Source: Octopus sinensis
Lineage: Eukaryota
NCBI RefSeq assembly: GCF_006345805.1
Contig: NC_043003.1
Coordinates: 111,290,001 to 111,354,000 of the forward strand
DNA: 64,000 nt
Direction: 5' to 3'
Numbering within the stretch: the first letter of the stretch is position 1; the number at the start of each line of letters is the position of its first letter. This document shows positions 51,880-64,000 of this stretch, piece after piece. The notes under the pieces are model-generated. The model was not told the DNA's origin, made no database searches, and worked only from the letters and a program-made list of their open reading frames with translations. The position numbers and the translations under genes were made by a program.

Positions 51880-52189
51880 CCGTCTTCATAATTGTTACTA
51901 TTTTATAAGCGTGCAGTTCCAAGTATTCGTGCAGTTCCAAGTAATGCCGATATTTGCAATGCCCCTAGATTGTGGCGTATTTCTAATGTTTACTGATGTT
52001 TCTTCAAATTGGATGTTATTGAACCCAATGCTCCGATGACAATCTTTATATTTGACTTTAGTAGCTGCCACATCTTGGCGATCTCGATTTTCAGGTTCCC
52101 ATATTTAACAATCTTTTCTCTTTTTTAATTATAATGTATTGATCATGGCACTGCCACGTCGATTATAAGGCACTCTTCTTTGTCCCTCC

Positions 52190-52190
<1 letters not shown>
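51880..52190 (-). mobile_element. R4/Dong-like RLE 3' fragment, related to 25070-25700
   Basis: ECLIIDVAVP..KYGNLKIEIAKMWQL..IVIGALGSI..SALLGTARI on the minus strand. Confidence 0.7.
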
Positions 52191-52268
<78 letters not shown>

Positions 52269-52889
52269 CATGCTTTTCTACTTTGCATAGCTGAACATTG
52301 AATATAAAGAAACCATTGCCAACGAGATTTGCCGAAAGTTTAAGCAGATCCTTTTGAATATATGGTATTAATTTTCTTTTCTTTTGTTTTACTTTTGCCT
52401 TTTTTTTATTCCAATGTTTTCTTAAATCTTTCTTGCAATGGCTTTTAAGCTTAGAAGGAACTGATGAATGAGATGAATAATGTCATATAATGAAGAATAC
52501 ATTCAACAGCATTAATTATCATGAACTCTTTTACATCAGCATTTTCCTTTTTCAGGCAAGTGAGTGCGTGTTTGTTGGAGAATGTTAGCATGCACGTTTG
52601 TGTGTGAATGTATATTTTTCGTAGAGGGGGCATGTATGTGTCTATATATGTGGTCCCATTTATGTGTACGTATGTGTTTACGTTTTGCGTGGGCGAGAAA
52701 ATTATGCAGCTAGTGCTGTTGTCAGTACTGGAAAATGAACATGAAGTTCCCGTTACTGTCATTCTTTCCCATTCTTCGAATCTTTATGGATCAATCCGTT
52801 ATATTTCTTATCAATTTTTAGCATTAATGATACATAATTGTTCTACATAAAATCAGATTTCCTATCGTCATCATCAACATCATCCTTAT

Positions 52890-53500
52890 CTTATAACAAA
52901 AACCGTTTATAGTGAGACAGTTGATTTACTCCACCACCACTTTTAGTGCTTGAGGTGGTGGTGTTGATGGTTGTGAAGTCCTATATCACCTGCTCCATCG
53001 TCATCCTGATGAACATGATAATAATCAACTGTATGATTACTATCAAGAATGATCCTCATATCTTCGTCGTCTTCACCAGCACAATCGCTAATATGGCAAT
53101 CATCAATAACTCGACCATCATCAAGATGGTTTTCATTATCGTCATCGTCGTCATCATGGTTATAGACATTATCATTAATATTGAAACCAGCATCATCATT
53201 AACAAAAGTCACTATTGCGATTACGGTAATTATATTTACGACCGAGACAGATTATTTGTGAGAACAATTAAGACGAACTTGATCGTTACAATAATCGCCT
53301 CTTGCTTTCAAATCGTCACCATCATCATCATCATTATCAGCATCGTCTTCGTCGACATCATCGCCATCTTCATAATCGTCGTTATCATAAACATCATCAG
53401 CACCAGCACCACCACCACAACCAGTGGCAACAATAGCAACAGCAGCTGAAACAGCAGCAACAGCATCAGAAGCAGTAACATCATCATTATCGGCATCCTC
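52890..53500. repeat. Degenerate trinucleotide (ATC/CAC/CAG) low-complexity tract
   Basis: Directly visible; explains the I/V/D-rich ORFs. Confidence 0.85.
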
Positions 53501-54189
53501 TTGGTAATGATACAAATTCCTATATGTCACTTCTCTATTCTTGTCATTGCTATTTGGCCGTATTATCGGAGGTTAGACATATTTTCTTTAATATATGTAT
53601 ATTCGATATCCAAATTTTCCACTTAATCGCTTGTAGACCACACTCACTGAATACATGTTACGATTAAATGTTCCGTTTATGATACTTTAGTAACCTTATA
53701 TAATGTCATTAGTATTTTCAGTATTCTAACTTAAAGTATTTCGAAGTAGATCAATCTAGATTTTCTGGAAGAAAATACATTTTACTTGCTATATAAACAC
53801 GATTACATCATCCCATTTGATGGGAACGATCACTTTCTAACCATTACTTCGTGGTCATTTTCTATTTACAGTAAGGTTTCATTATATACATGAAACTCGC
53901 TAAGGTACTTGAAGAAGAGTATGGTGTCAGAAATATCTAGAAAAGATGGAAAGTCAATGTTAGATGAATATGCACACCGTCTTGCGATGTTGCGTTTCAG
54001 AATTCTTATTTTCGTTCATACCTCTTATTCATACCTTTTATTCATTCTTTATGGATACAATTAATTTCTAACACGATGTACAGCACTTACATTTCTCAGA
54101 CCGTATTATCGTGTCCATCGGCGTCTAATTTATAGATACAACCACACGCCCGCATACACGCATATATGTGTTTGTCTGTATGTCTGTTT

Positions 54190-54227
<38 letters not shown>

Positions 54228-54267
54228 ATATATATTATATATATAATATATATATGTATATATGCAA

Positions 54268-54322
<55 letters not shown>

Positions 54323-54471
54323 GTAATATATGTATATATGTTTACATATACATATGTATATATATGTATATATCTATAAAACGTACATATATATACGCAT
54401 ATAAGTTTCAGTATATGTACATACTCATATATATATATACCTATGTAATAATATGAGCGCATCCATGAATA

Positions 54472-54685
54472 TTTGTTTCTTTATTACCCACAAGGGGTTA
54501 AACATAGAAGGGACAAACAAGGACAGACAAACGGATTAAGTCGATCACATCGACCCCAGTGCGTAACTGGTATTTCATTTATCGACCCCGAAAGGATGAA
54601 AGGCAAAGTCGAACTCAGAACGTACCGGCAGACGAAATACGGCTACGCATTTCGCCCGGCGAGCTAACGTTCCTGCCAGTTCGCG
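54472..54685 (-). mobile_element. SINE family C with Tx1-like 3' tail
   Basis: Head and body match 26790-26950; tail TTTGTCCCTTCTATGTTTAACCCCTTGTGGGTAATAAAGAAAC resembles the Tx1 3' terminus. Confidence 0.8.
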
Positions 54686-56244
54686 CATGCATAAATATTG
54701 ACATGTGTATACATATATATACACATGTTTATATACGTGTGTCTATGTGTTACTGTGTGCTTTCTTTTTAAATAAGATTTACAACTCATATTCTACTGAA
54801 ACACGAGTCGGGAGACAAAATCTAAGCTTCAGTGTTTTAATAAAAAAAATTCCAATCTATCTTCTACAGCTGAAGACTCCTAACTTATATCAAAATAAAA
54901 ATTAAATATGTTACAACGTTCAACAAGTGAAATTAAGTCTTAGATAAATAAATAAATAAATAGGATTGGAATGCTCCCTTCTTTTTCTATGCTGTTGGTT
55001 GTGATAGGAAACATTGAAAGTCTCTCTGAGGAGCGTGGATTTATCAATCAGAACACGACTTTGTGCACATTAGAAGCATAGGAATATTTGTTTACATATT
55101 TCGTTTCATCCAACTCGCATTGAAGCATTCTAATATTTTGACACATTTTAATTCTAATATGGGGCATGTTGCGAATAAATCGATAATCTTCGATTAATTA
55201 CGAGCTGTCAAATGCACAAATATGAAAGTCAGGCTATCTACAATGTTGCTAGTATAATTCATGAATTATTTATAAACAAATAATCTGTGTTTTTCATTAC
55301 ATAATGAAGGAGGTTACGTCTTCTCAATAGAGCTGATAGAAAACAGCAATGCGGTCAGTCAAGGGACTCAAATCTTTCTCTTCTGCAAATCAGCTGTCTT
55401 CTTATCAAATATGTACTTAGACGTGTGTGTGTGAGAGAGACACTGTGTATGTGTATGTGTGCTTGTGCTTGTGTATTTGTGCGAGGAAGATTTATGTTCC
55501 ATGGAAAGTGCTATCAATAAGTACAACTTCTGACTAAAGTGGAAGTACAGAAGAAAAAGTATGGTGCAATGTTCAGAGAAAATTAGGTTGGGAGCTTCTC
55601 GGTCTTTCTGGGGGGGTGGGGGTGTATATGATTATTACATACTTTCGGCGACCTTTAAGTTTGCTGTCAATATTCTAAAGTGAATACGTTGAACATTTAA
55701 CTAATGAGGACCTCATTAATCACACTCTACCTGCACACTGACATGCATATTTATGTCACGAATGCATAGTTAGTTTATGTAGAATGAACTTTCTTTGATA
55801 TATTTGTCCTATGTTCTGTTTTGTGCCCTTTTCAGATCACGACCCTTATTGCCTTCTGTTAATGAAGCGGCAGTATAAATATTAACATCATATAGTTTTT
55901 TTTTATTACTTACATATACTTCAAGGATGATCGAGCAGCACTACGCTCGAAGATGCTCCAGGTATAACAAACACAATAATGTTCCTTGGATTTTATATCG
56001 CAAATTCTCTCTGGTCCTATTATATACTGTTATTTTACTCTGCTCGCTGAGACTTGAGGAGACAATGACAATTAAATGGGCTGTCCTGGACGTTGTTGAT
56101 GTTGCTACATACAATGTTATTTGTCTTATAATTTATTTAAATGTTTTCGCTATAAATCTTTCGTATGATGGCTGCGTGTAATGTATCAAATTGGTTGATT
56201 TTAGATTTATTGATCATACTCGTATAATTATGATATAGATTTGT

Positions 56245-56566
56245 GAGGGCGCGTGGCTTAGTGTTTAGGGCATTCGGCTCACATGATCGTAAGGTTGTGA
56301 GTTCGATTCCCGGCGACGCGTTGTGTCCTTGAGCAAGACACTTTATTTCACGTTGCTCCTCCAGTCCACTCAGCTGGCAAAAATGAGTTGTACTTGTATT
56401 TCAAGAGTCAGCCTTGTCACACTCTGTGTCACGCTGATTATCCCCGAGAACTACGTTAAGGTACACGTGTCTGTGGAATGCTCAGCCATTTGCACGTTAA
56501 TTTCACGAGCAAGCTGTTCCGTTGATCGTATCAGCTGGGACCCTCGTCGTCGTAACCGGCGGAGTC
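56245..56566 (+). mobile_element. tRNA-derived SINE (family D, CORE/Meta-like body)
   Basis: GGCGCGTGGCTTAGTG.TTAGGGCATTCGGCTCAC..GAGTTCGATTCCCGGCGACGCGTTGTGTCCTTGAGCAAGACAC; second copy at 58920-59198. Confidence 0.85.
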
Positions 56567-57511
56567 TTTTTTTTTTATGATATAGATTTATCATATCCTC
56601 ACCTTAGATTTAACTGAGTCGTTGATGTAGGCATTAATTTTATACTTATAAGTGTTAGTTATATTTCTGTAGTCCAGTTTTCATATCAATTCGTAAATGA
56701 TATACAAACATTGAAAAGTCATTTCTTACTAATCATTCATAGGAGTATTAATGTTTGTACAAATTAGATTGTTATTGTATTTTAGTCCCTTTCTAAGAGT
56801 TTATATAATATTTTGCTTTTTTATATTCATCTGTGTAAGTTATTTTCTCCTTGTAAACTTATTTGTACTTTTTATGAGGTGCTTTTTGTTACTGTCGTTT
56901 TGCTTTGACGCTAATTGATTTTCTTTTTCATTAAATCTCACATTCCATTCAAATGTCGACGGGAAATCGCACGTACACAAAATCACATTAAATCGCATAC
57001 ATAAGTACGCAGGAAGAAAGACGCCTGCAGTCTGAATGTTGCATTCTATTTCACGAGACATAAAAGGTCGATATAATTAGAGAAACAAATTGAGATTTTG
57101 TAATGTTCATTCTTTTCCAAAATACATTAAAAGTAATTGAATGTGGAATGAAACTAGCGCCGACGAGTCGGTTTTAAGCGATCTTACATCATGTCTGCAA
57201 ACTGAAAAGTTGAACACAGTTAATTTGCTTATACAATAGGGCAAATAAATAATATATTCATAAGAAATATTAAATAACCAGCCGTTTCACAAATTATGAT
57301 CTTATATAAGCAGATATATATATATGAGTGTGTGTGTATGTGTGCGTGTGTATGTGTGTGTGTGTAAATATTTATACACTTATATATATATTTATATATA
57401 TATATATATATATATTTATGTTTATGTGTATATATACATATACATATATATATATATCATCTGTTTCTCTGGCTCTCTTTCTATCAATTCATCTAACTAT
57501 CTATCAATCTG

Positions 57512-57542
<31 letters not shown>

Positions 57543-58609
57543 CACACCACATATATATATACATAAGTTCATTTTATTTTCTAAATCCCCCAATTGAATC
57601 TAGTTAAGTTATAAACTAACTACTATACAATATTTGCTAATTTTCCAGAAAACTTTGCTACTGGCTTCGGGGAGAAAACTAAAGTGAAACGGAAGTATGC
57701 AGGTGCATATGTATGTATGCATTTCTGTATTTGTGTGTGCACGTTTGTATGAATATGTATGTATGTATGTAGGTATGTACAAATCATTCTTAAACTATAC
57801 TGCTTAAACGAAAATACAAATTAACTCGAAACATTTTTTACTTACACATGAATGTTAACTAGAATTTACGACCTCTGAAGTTTAGTCTTCTCTAGAATAC
57901 GCTTTCACTGACACAGTTTTCAAAATACACGTTTTTACTCAATGCATAATTTTGTTCCGCTACCATATATAGAAATATATAGAAATACCCACAGTGTATC
58001 TGAACGCACGATCTGTCAAGTGTGATTGTAGTATACAAGATGACAAGCCTAAAAATTATATGGTAGAGAATTAATGGCTTGTTAGGCCCGATGACCTGAG
58101 AAGTTCATGTCGAAGTCGTTTATCTTGTGCTTATCAAGAGTACCTAAATCTCGTAATCATGGACTGTCATCTATATAGCATGAACAGCCATTATCTCTTC
58201 TTGAATGCTGCATAACACAAATAATTTTTTTTTTTCTAGACTCTATCATAAATGGAAACAAGATGAAATCAAATATTACACATGAATCAGGGATATATGG
58301 AAGTATATCATGGTTAATCTTTTATGTCTACATTCAAAAATGAAACATCAACGAAAGTAATCTAGAAACTGTCTCAGTACAGGTGAATTCAGATATATTA
58401 GTTTGAGATGTCATCAGTTTTACGATGCCATCAGGTTATTATAACAATGTAACAATCGATCAATAAGTATGTCAAAATTACTTTCGCGAAGTTCAAGTAA
58501 ATGCAGAGAAACAATTAGATATAAAAAGCAGACCACAGGTTATTTACGTTAGAATATATGGACACACACACACACACACAACACCCACACACACACACAT
58601 ACACACACG

Positions 58610-58676
<67 letters not shown>

Positions 58677-58814
58677 ATGTGTGTGCTTGTGGGTGTGTAT
58701 CTAATTGTAAACATATGTGTAAATAAACGATTATATTTGAGGGTATATATTTGATAATATATACAAGTTTATTATTTTTTATACTCACACACGCATATAT
58801 ATATAATATATATA

Positions 58815-58852
<38 letters not shown>

Positions 58853-58919
58853 ACATATAGGAGTGTGTGTTCTTGTATATATATGTATATATGTGTGTAT
58901 ACATATATGTGTGTGTGTG

Positions 58920-59198
58920 TGAAGGCGCGTGGATTATTGGTTAGGGCATTCGGCTCACAATAGTAAGGTCATGAGTTTGATTCCCGGCGACGCGTTGTGT
59001 CCTTGAGCAAGACACTTTATTTCCCGTTGCTCCAATCCACTCAGCTGGCAAAAATGAATTGTAACTGTATTTAAAAGGGCCGTCCCTGTCACACTCTGTG
59101 TCACGCTGCTTATTGCTCAGTCATATGCACGCTAATTTCACAAGGAGGCTCTTCCGTTGATCGTATCAGGACCCCATCATCGTAACCGACGGAGTGCG
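58920..59198 (+). mobile_element. SINE family D, second copy
   Basis: Colinear with 56245-56566, with an internal deletion. Confidence 0.85.
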
Positions 59199-59200
59199 CC

Positions 59201-59274
<74 letters not shown>

Positions 59275-60524
59275 TATATATATGTATATAGTGAGAAAGA
59301 GAGATTTAGATGATTAGGGACTTAAGTTGAGGCACCAGATATATTTTTAATTTCAATTTGTTGAGCTTGGTGGAGCTTGGTGCTATAAGAGAAGATGCTT
59401 GTCTAAGCGGAACCTCAGTGAGACTGACTCCCAAGCCGCTTGCTTAAGAAGCAAAGTCACAGCCACGGCTCTGCCTGAACATATATACCTATTTTTGTCT
59501 GTGCAAGTTTGACCTACACATGTGCGCAAATTTGTTCGTATGCATATAGTGATGAGACTCCATTACATGCACAGAAAGAAAATGTAAATGCAAGGGTAAA
59601 TTCATGATCATAATATATGTGTCGAGATTGCTTTAAATATGCAGAACACGTATATATCTTCTTAGAAAAGTATATAAAAAAAACATTTCAAAGATATATA
59701 ATATATATATTATATATAATATATATATTTGTTGCGTGTGTATTCATATATATATATATATATATGTGTATAAACATTTTTATGTACATGAAACATATTT
59801 ATATTTTAATATATATTCGTATTTGTTACATAAATATAATACAGAAGAACGAAATAAATGTAGTGCGAATAAGGAAAAGGACAACATAGAAACAAATATG
59901 GACTCATACGGCCGAAATTGCGCGCGCGCACTCTAAATATATGTTATATATATATGTGGGTGTGTGTGTGTGTGTTTGTGTGTTTATACATATACATATA
60001 TGCATATACAGATATGTGAGTTTAACTCTGTTGCATATGTCCGTGTCTGTATATGTGTGTAGACAAATATGATGGCCGCTGCGAATGAGCTGTGATGAAG
60101 ATGTCAGGTGTGGAAAGAGGTACGTATATTAGCGCATACTAGTCGAAGTCATGATATATGTAAAATCCTATTATTGCAGTGTTGGTAGTGCTACCAATGT
60201 AGGCAATGAAAGTGAAAGTTAAATTAAAACAAAAGGAAAACATTGTTAGGAAGAATTAAAGCAATTCATACAAAATTGATCAGGTAATATTGCTCGTAAA
60301 CATAAGGATGCCGACACACATACATGCATGTGTTAAATATTCGTGGGTATTATGCATGACTGTTGATATATACGCGTATGAACTTGCATACTGACTCCAT
60401 TGTGCATACATATTATATATATATATATATATATAATATATATATATATATAATATATATATTATATATATAACTATATATATATAGATATATATATTAT
60501 ATATATAATATATATATAGATATA

Positions 60525-60585
60525 TATCTAGATAGGATAGATGATAGATAGATAGATAGATAGAAATAGATAGATAGATAGATAG

Positions 60586-60629
<44 letters not shown>

Positions 60630-60640
60630 GATAGATAGAT
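60525..60640. repeat. Degenerate (GATA)n tract with no LINE insertion
   Basis: Directly visible. Confidence 0.85.
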
Positions 60641-60891
60641 GTGTGCAAAGTGTGCTATGTATATATAAAGTAGTGTTATGGCGTGCATAGATTTTGAGAT
60701 CAACCCGGTACAGAATAACATATCTAGTCGCAAAATATCGCTTTCAGATATCGGGTACGCCCTAACTCTCGACAATTTACACTATTTTGCTACACACAAA
60801 CGCATATATATATATTAAAAATGCATAAACAAATGTTCCCCTAGGACAGAACACAGTCTTATAGATATATACATATACACACAACACACAA

Positions 60892-60940
<49 letters not shown>

Positions 60941-61112
60941 GATGTATTATAATACATGTACCATATTATAATATGTATGTATGCATGTCTATTTGTATGA
61001 ATGTATATTTTCATGTTGTTCTTCAATATTCGTGGAAATTTGTTGTACACATATGCTTATACATATATATGTGTGTGTGTGTATTCTAATAAATAATAAT
61101 AATAATAATAAT

Positions 61113-61147
<35 letters not shown>

Positions 61148-62479
61148 CAACATATAAAATAGAGATGTGTGTGTATTCACTTTTCACGCGAAAACGTTTT
61201 CACTAATTGCTTACATGCTTGTGTTGCATGATTAATTTGACCTTGGACAAATATAAGGGTGTTCAATTGATTGTTTTTCCATTAAAAATTATTAAAAATA
61301 AGAAACATTGCTTTTTACCTTGCATTCACGTCTTTGAAATTTTTTTCAATATTTACTTCTGATTTCCTAGCGTCATTGACGTAATATATCTCTTAATTAT
61401 ATGTCTCTATCCATCTTTTTGTATCTATATCTCTGCGTAACATATCTCTCTAAATCTCTATCTAGATCTCTTGTTTTCACTTTCATTTTTCAGACGCTAT
61501 TCTTTACACTTCTAATTTCCATATGCCATTGTGTATCTTCCATGTTATTCTTTTCACTGTAATGCTTAAGTTTTCAATCAAAGAACGGCAAATTACAGGC
61601 AGAAAGAATTTCACAATAACCGATGTAGATAATTTCTTAATTTACTCTCAGAAGCATCTTCATGAATTTCACTTGAATCTGTACGGTTATATGTTTTTCC
61701 TTTGTTGACGGTTTCTTTTTCGTTCCTTCGATACAGGCTCGTTCATTAAGTGACACATTTCGCTTCAACCCGTACAATACTTCCTTTTCCGCTAAATATT
61801 TTAAAAAGTAATTTGTGCCCGTCGTATTAAGAAACAATTTCCATTACCAAGTTATTTTCATTCTTTACTCGTGTATTTCTGTATACATATATAGACGTGC
61901 CTAGAAGGAAACTGTCAAATTTTGTCGGCATAGCTACAGATTCCTTTCACCCTATTTGGATGATTATAACTTTCAGGAAAATGGATAAATTTTCATAAAT
62001 TTTTTTCTACGAATATGTGTTATATTATGTAGATCCTGAATATACAAAATCTAGTGCAGGAATGTGTTTTAGGAAATGGTAGGTTGGGGAATTTCTGAAA
62101 GTCCAGTTCAGAATTTAAGAAATGGATATTTTTTATGAAAGTCTCTACAAATATACCTCGAACTATGTAGATTCTGAGGACACAGGAACTTTTGGGGAAA
62201 ACAATTGGAAGTTATTTTTGAGAAATGTTCCCCACCCAGGTGAAAATGACACAGATATGTACGACTTGTTCCGAAACACCCCCGAGTGGGAAACAGTAAC
62301 CCCATTTGTTTTCCCGTAAAATTCCTATGTCCTCGCAATCTACATGGTCTGAGGTGTATTTGTAGTGAATTAAAAATATCAATTTTCGGAAAGTTATGAT
62401 TATTCAAAGTCGGGCGGGGCAAAAATCTGTAGTTATGCCAATTTGTCTCCAATATCAAGTACACTCAAAAGAATATCTC

Positions 62480-63920
62480 TGTCCAGGGAAAGAGAGAGAT
62501 AGCTGCAGAAAGGGAAGCATGTCAAGAAACGAACAATCTGTACAGTACAAGAGTCAGAGTACCTCAAAGTGATGAACAGAACGAAGAGCAGTTGCAATAG
62601 CACAGAGAAGCAACTTCTATGAAGCAGCTTTCAATTATGATCCAGCAGATCATTATGCAGATAACACTAGCGTTTCCATTGGTGCAATAATCAAAGAGTG
62701 CATACATTGTAAAGGAAAGTAGTCGCTGGAGACACCTGGACTGTGCTGCAGTGTTGGAAAGGTTAAACTATCTGCAATATCCCGACCTCCAGAGCCGTTG
62801 AAGAAATTGTTGTTATCAACTGACCAAGATTCCAAGCACTTCCAAAACGAAATTAGACAATACAATGCTGCACTACAGATGACCCCTTTTGGAACCACAA
62901 GTGATATAACTGAGCCAGGATTCATACAAACTTTCAAGGCCCAAGGTAAAATTTATCATCATACTGTCTCTCTACTACCTCTGTCAAATGAATCACGAAG
63001 ATTCCTTCAAATATATTTTATGGGTGATTCTCAACAAGAAAGGCAAGAGAGATAGAAGAACAATTCCGGCATCAGGATGAACATTGTAGTTTCTCTGCCA
63101 AAGATGCTGAATAACAACAACAGCAACCTGGTCAGTAGCTTCACGACTGTTTTTGAAACAATTCCACCTGACTCCATGGATTACAAGTTAGTTATAAGAT
63201 CACACAAGAAGACATCTGCTTAACATGGACGGGGGTTTAATGCGCCAACATCAAATGTAATAGCTGTGCTTTGGTTGGGAAACATGACAAGCGTGATATT
63301 GTCCTCCCTCTCTGAGAGAGCAGAATGACAGACACAGTCCAACTACAAATGGAAGCTCCCAAAGATACCATACAGCATTCTTCAAGCTCTGTCAAGATGA
63401 TGAATTTGCAACAAGACTGCTATACAATAAAGTTCCACGATTCTATACCTGGTACTAAAAGAAATGGATATGATGTGCACTTGGAGACCCACACATCGTC
63501 CGGGAATCAAGAAATCAGAACTCTTAGCAGAGTCTATGTTGTCCATCCCAACTACTCAGAGTACTACTATCTAAGGCTTCTATTACACCATGTCAAGGGA
63601 CTCACATCGTTTACAGCCTCACGTAAGGTGGACAACACAGTATGTCAAACATATTGCAAGGCTTGCCATCTCAGAGGTCTTCTGGAAGATGATGCAGCTG
63701 AGAAACATGATGGGTCAGAGTGTCTTCATTCCAAGTATACCTCCCATCTCAAATGATCTCCCCTTTCAGCTCAAGAGACTGCAGTTCCCTGTCAAACATA
63801 GCTTTGCAATTTCTGTCAACAAAGCACAAGGTCAATTTCTAAAGGTGGTGGGACTTAACCTCCTTCAACCTTGCTTCTCGCATGGCCAGTTGTATGTTGG
63901 ATGTTCTAGAGTTGGAGACT
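62480..63920 (+). mobile_element. Helitron RepHel remnant, internally deleted
   Basis: AAFNYDP..ETPGLCCSVGKVKL..PPEPLKKLL..YNAALQMTPFG..TFKAQGKIYH..LQIYFMG; FNAPT; RVYVVHPNYSEYYYLRLLLHHVKG..CHLRGLLEDD; VFIPSIP..FQLKRLQFPVKHSFAISVNKAQGQ..CFSHGQLYVGCSRVG (PIF1 helicase C-terminus). Confidence 0.88.
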
Positions 63921-64000
63921 AAAAGAACCTCTACATTCACAGTGATTAACATGGCAAGACATAAAATACAGCATATGAAGAAACGATTACATGTATCGTA

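Noticed and set aside
52943-53530. Asp-rich and Ile-rich ORFs of 89-167 aa
   Set aside because: Degenerate trinucleotide repeat with no domain signature.
56245-56320. tRNA genes at SINE heads (also 27800-27895, 46525-46585 and 58920-58990)
   Set aside because: Box A/B motifs are present but there is no complete cloverleaf, and most run straight into SINE bodies.

Overview
AT-rich, microsatellite-dense animal genomic DNA. The SINE and Tc1/mariner repeats resemble Octopus families as I recall them; this is an inference, not a database match. No host protein-coding gene can be supported, and most ORF-track entries are translations of (TA)n, (GATA)n or (GAA)n tracts. Main content: (1) a ~9 kb (GATA)n locus (11486-20546) carrying eight co-oriented, 5'-truncated copies of a Tx1/L1-clade LINE that share one 3' end and lack poly(A); one copy is from a divergent subfamily. 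(2) Hammerhead-ribozyme (HHR) motifs: one single motif (1714-1758) and outward-facing pairs in two near-perfect inverted repeats (33078-33412 and 37381-39539), plus decayed ones. (3) Three R4/Dong-like RLE-type LINE remnants in tandem (22395-26700). (4) A CR1-clade LINE, an RTE fragment, a Penelope GIY-YIG fragment, mariner remnants and an internally deleted Helitron. (5) Many tRNA-derived SINEs; two have 3' tails matching LINE 3' ends in this window (CR1 and Tx1). All alignments and coordinates were read by eye.
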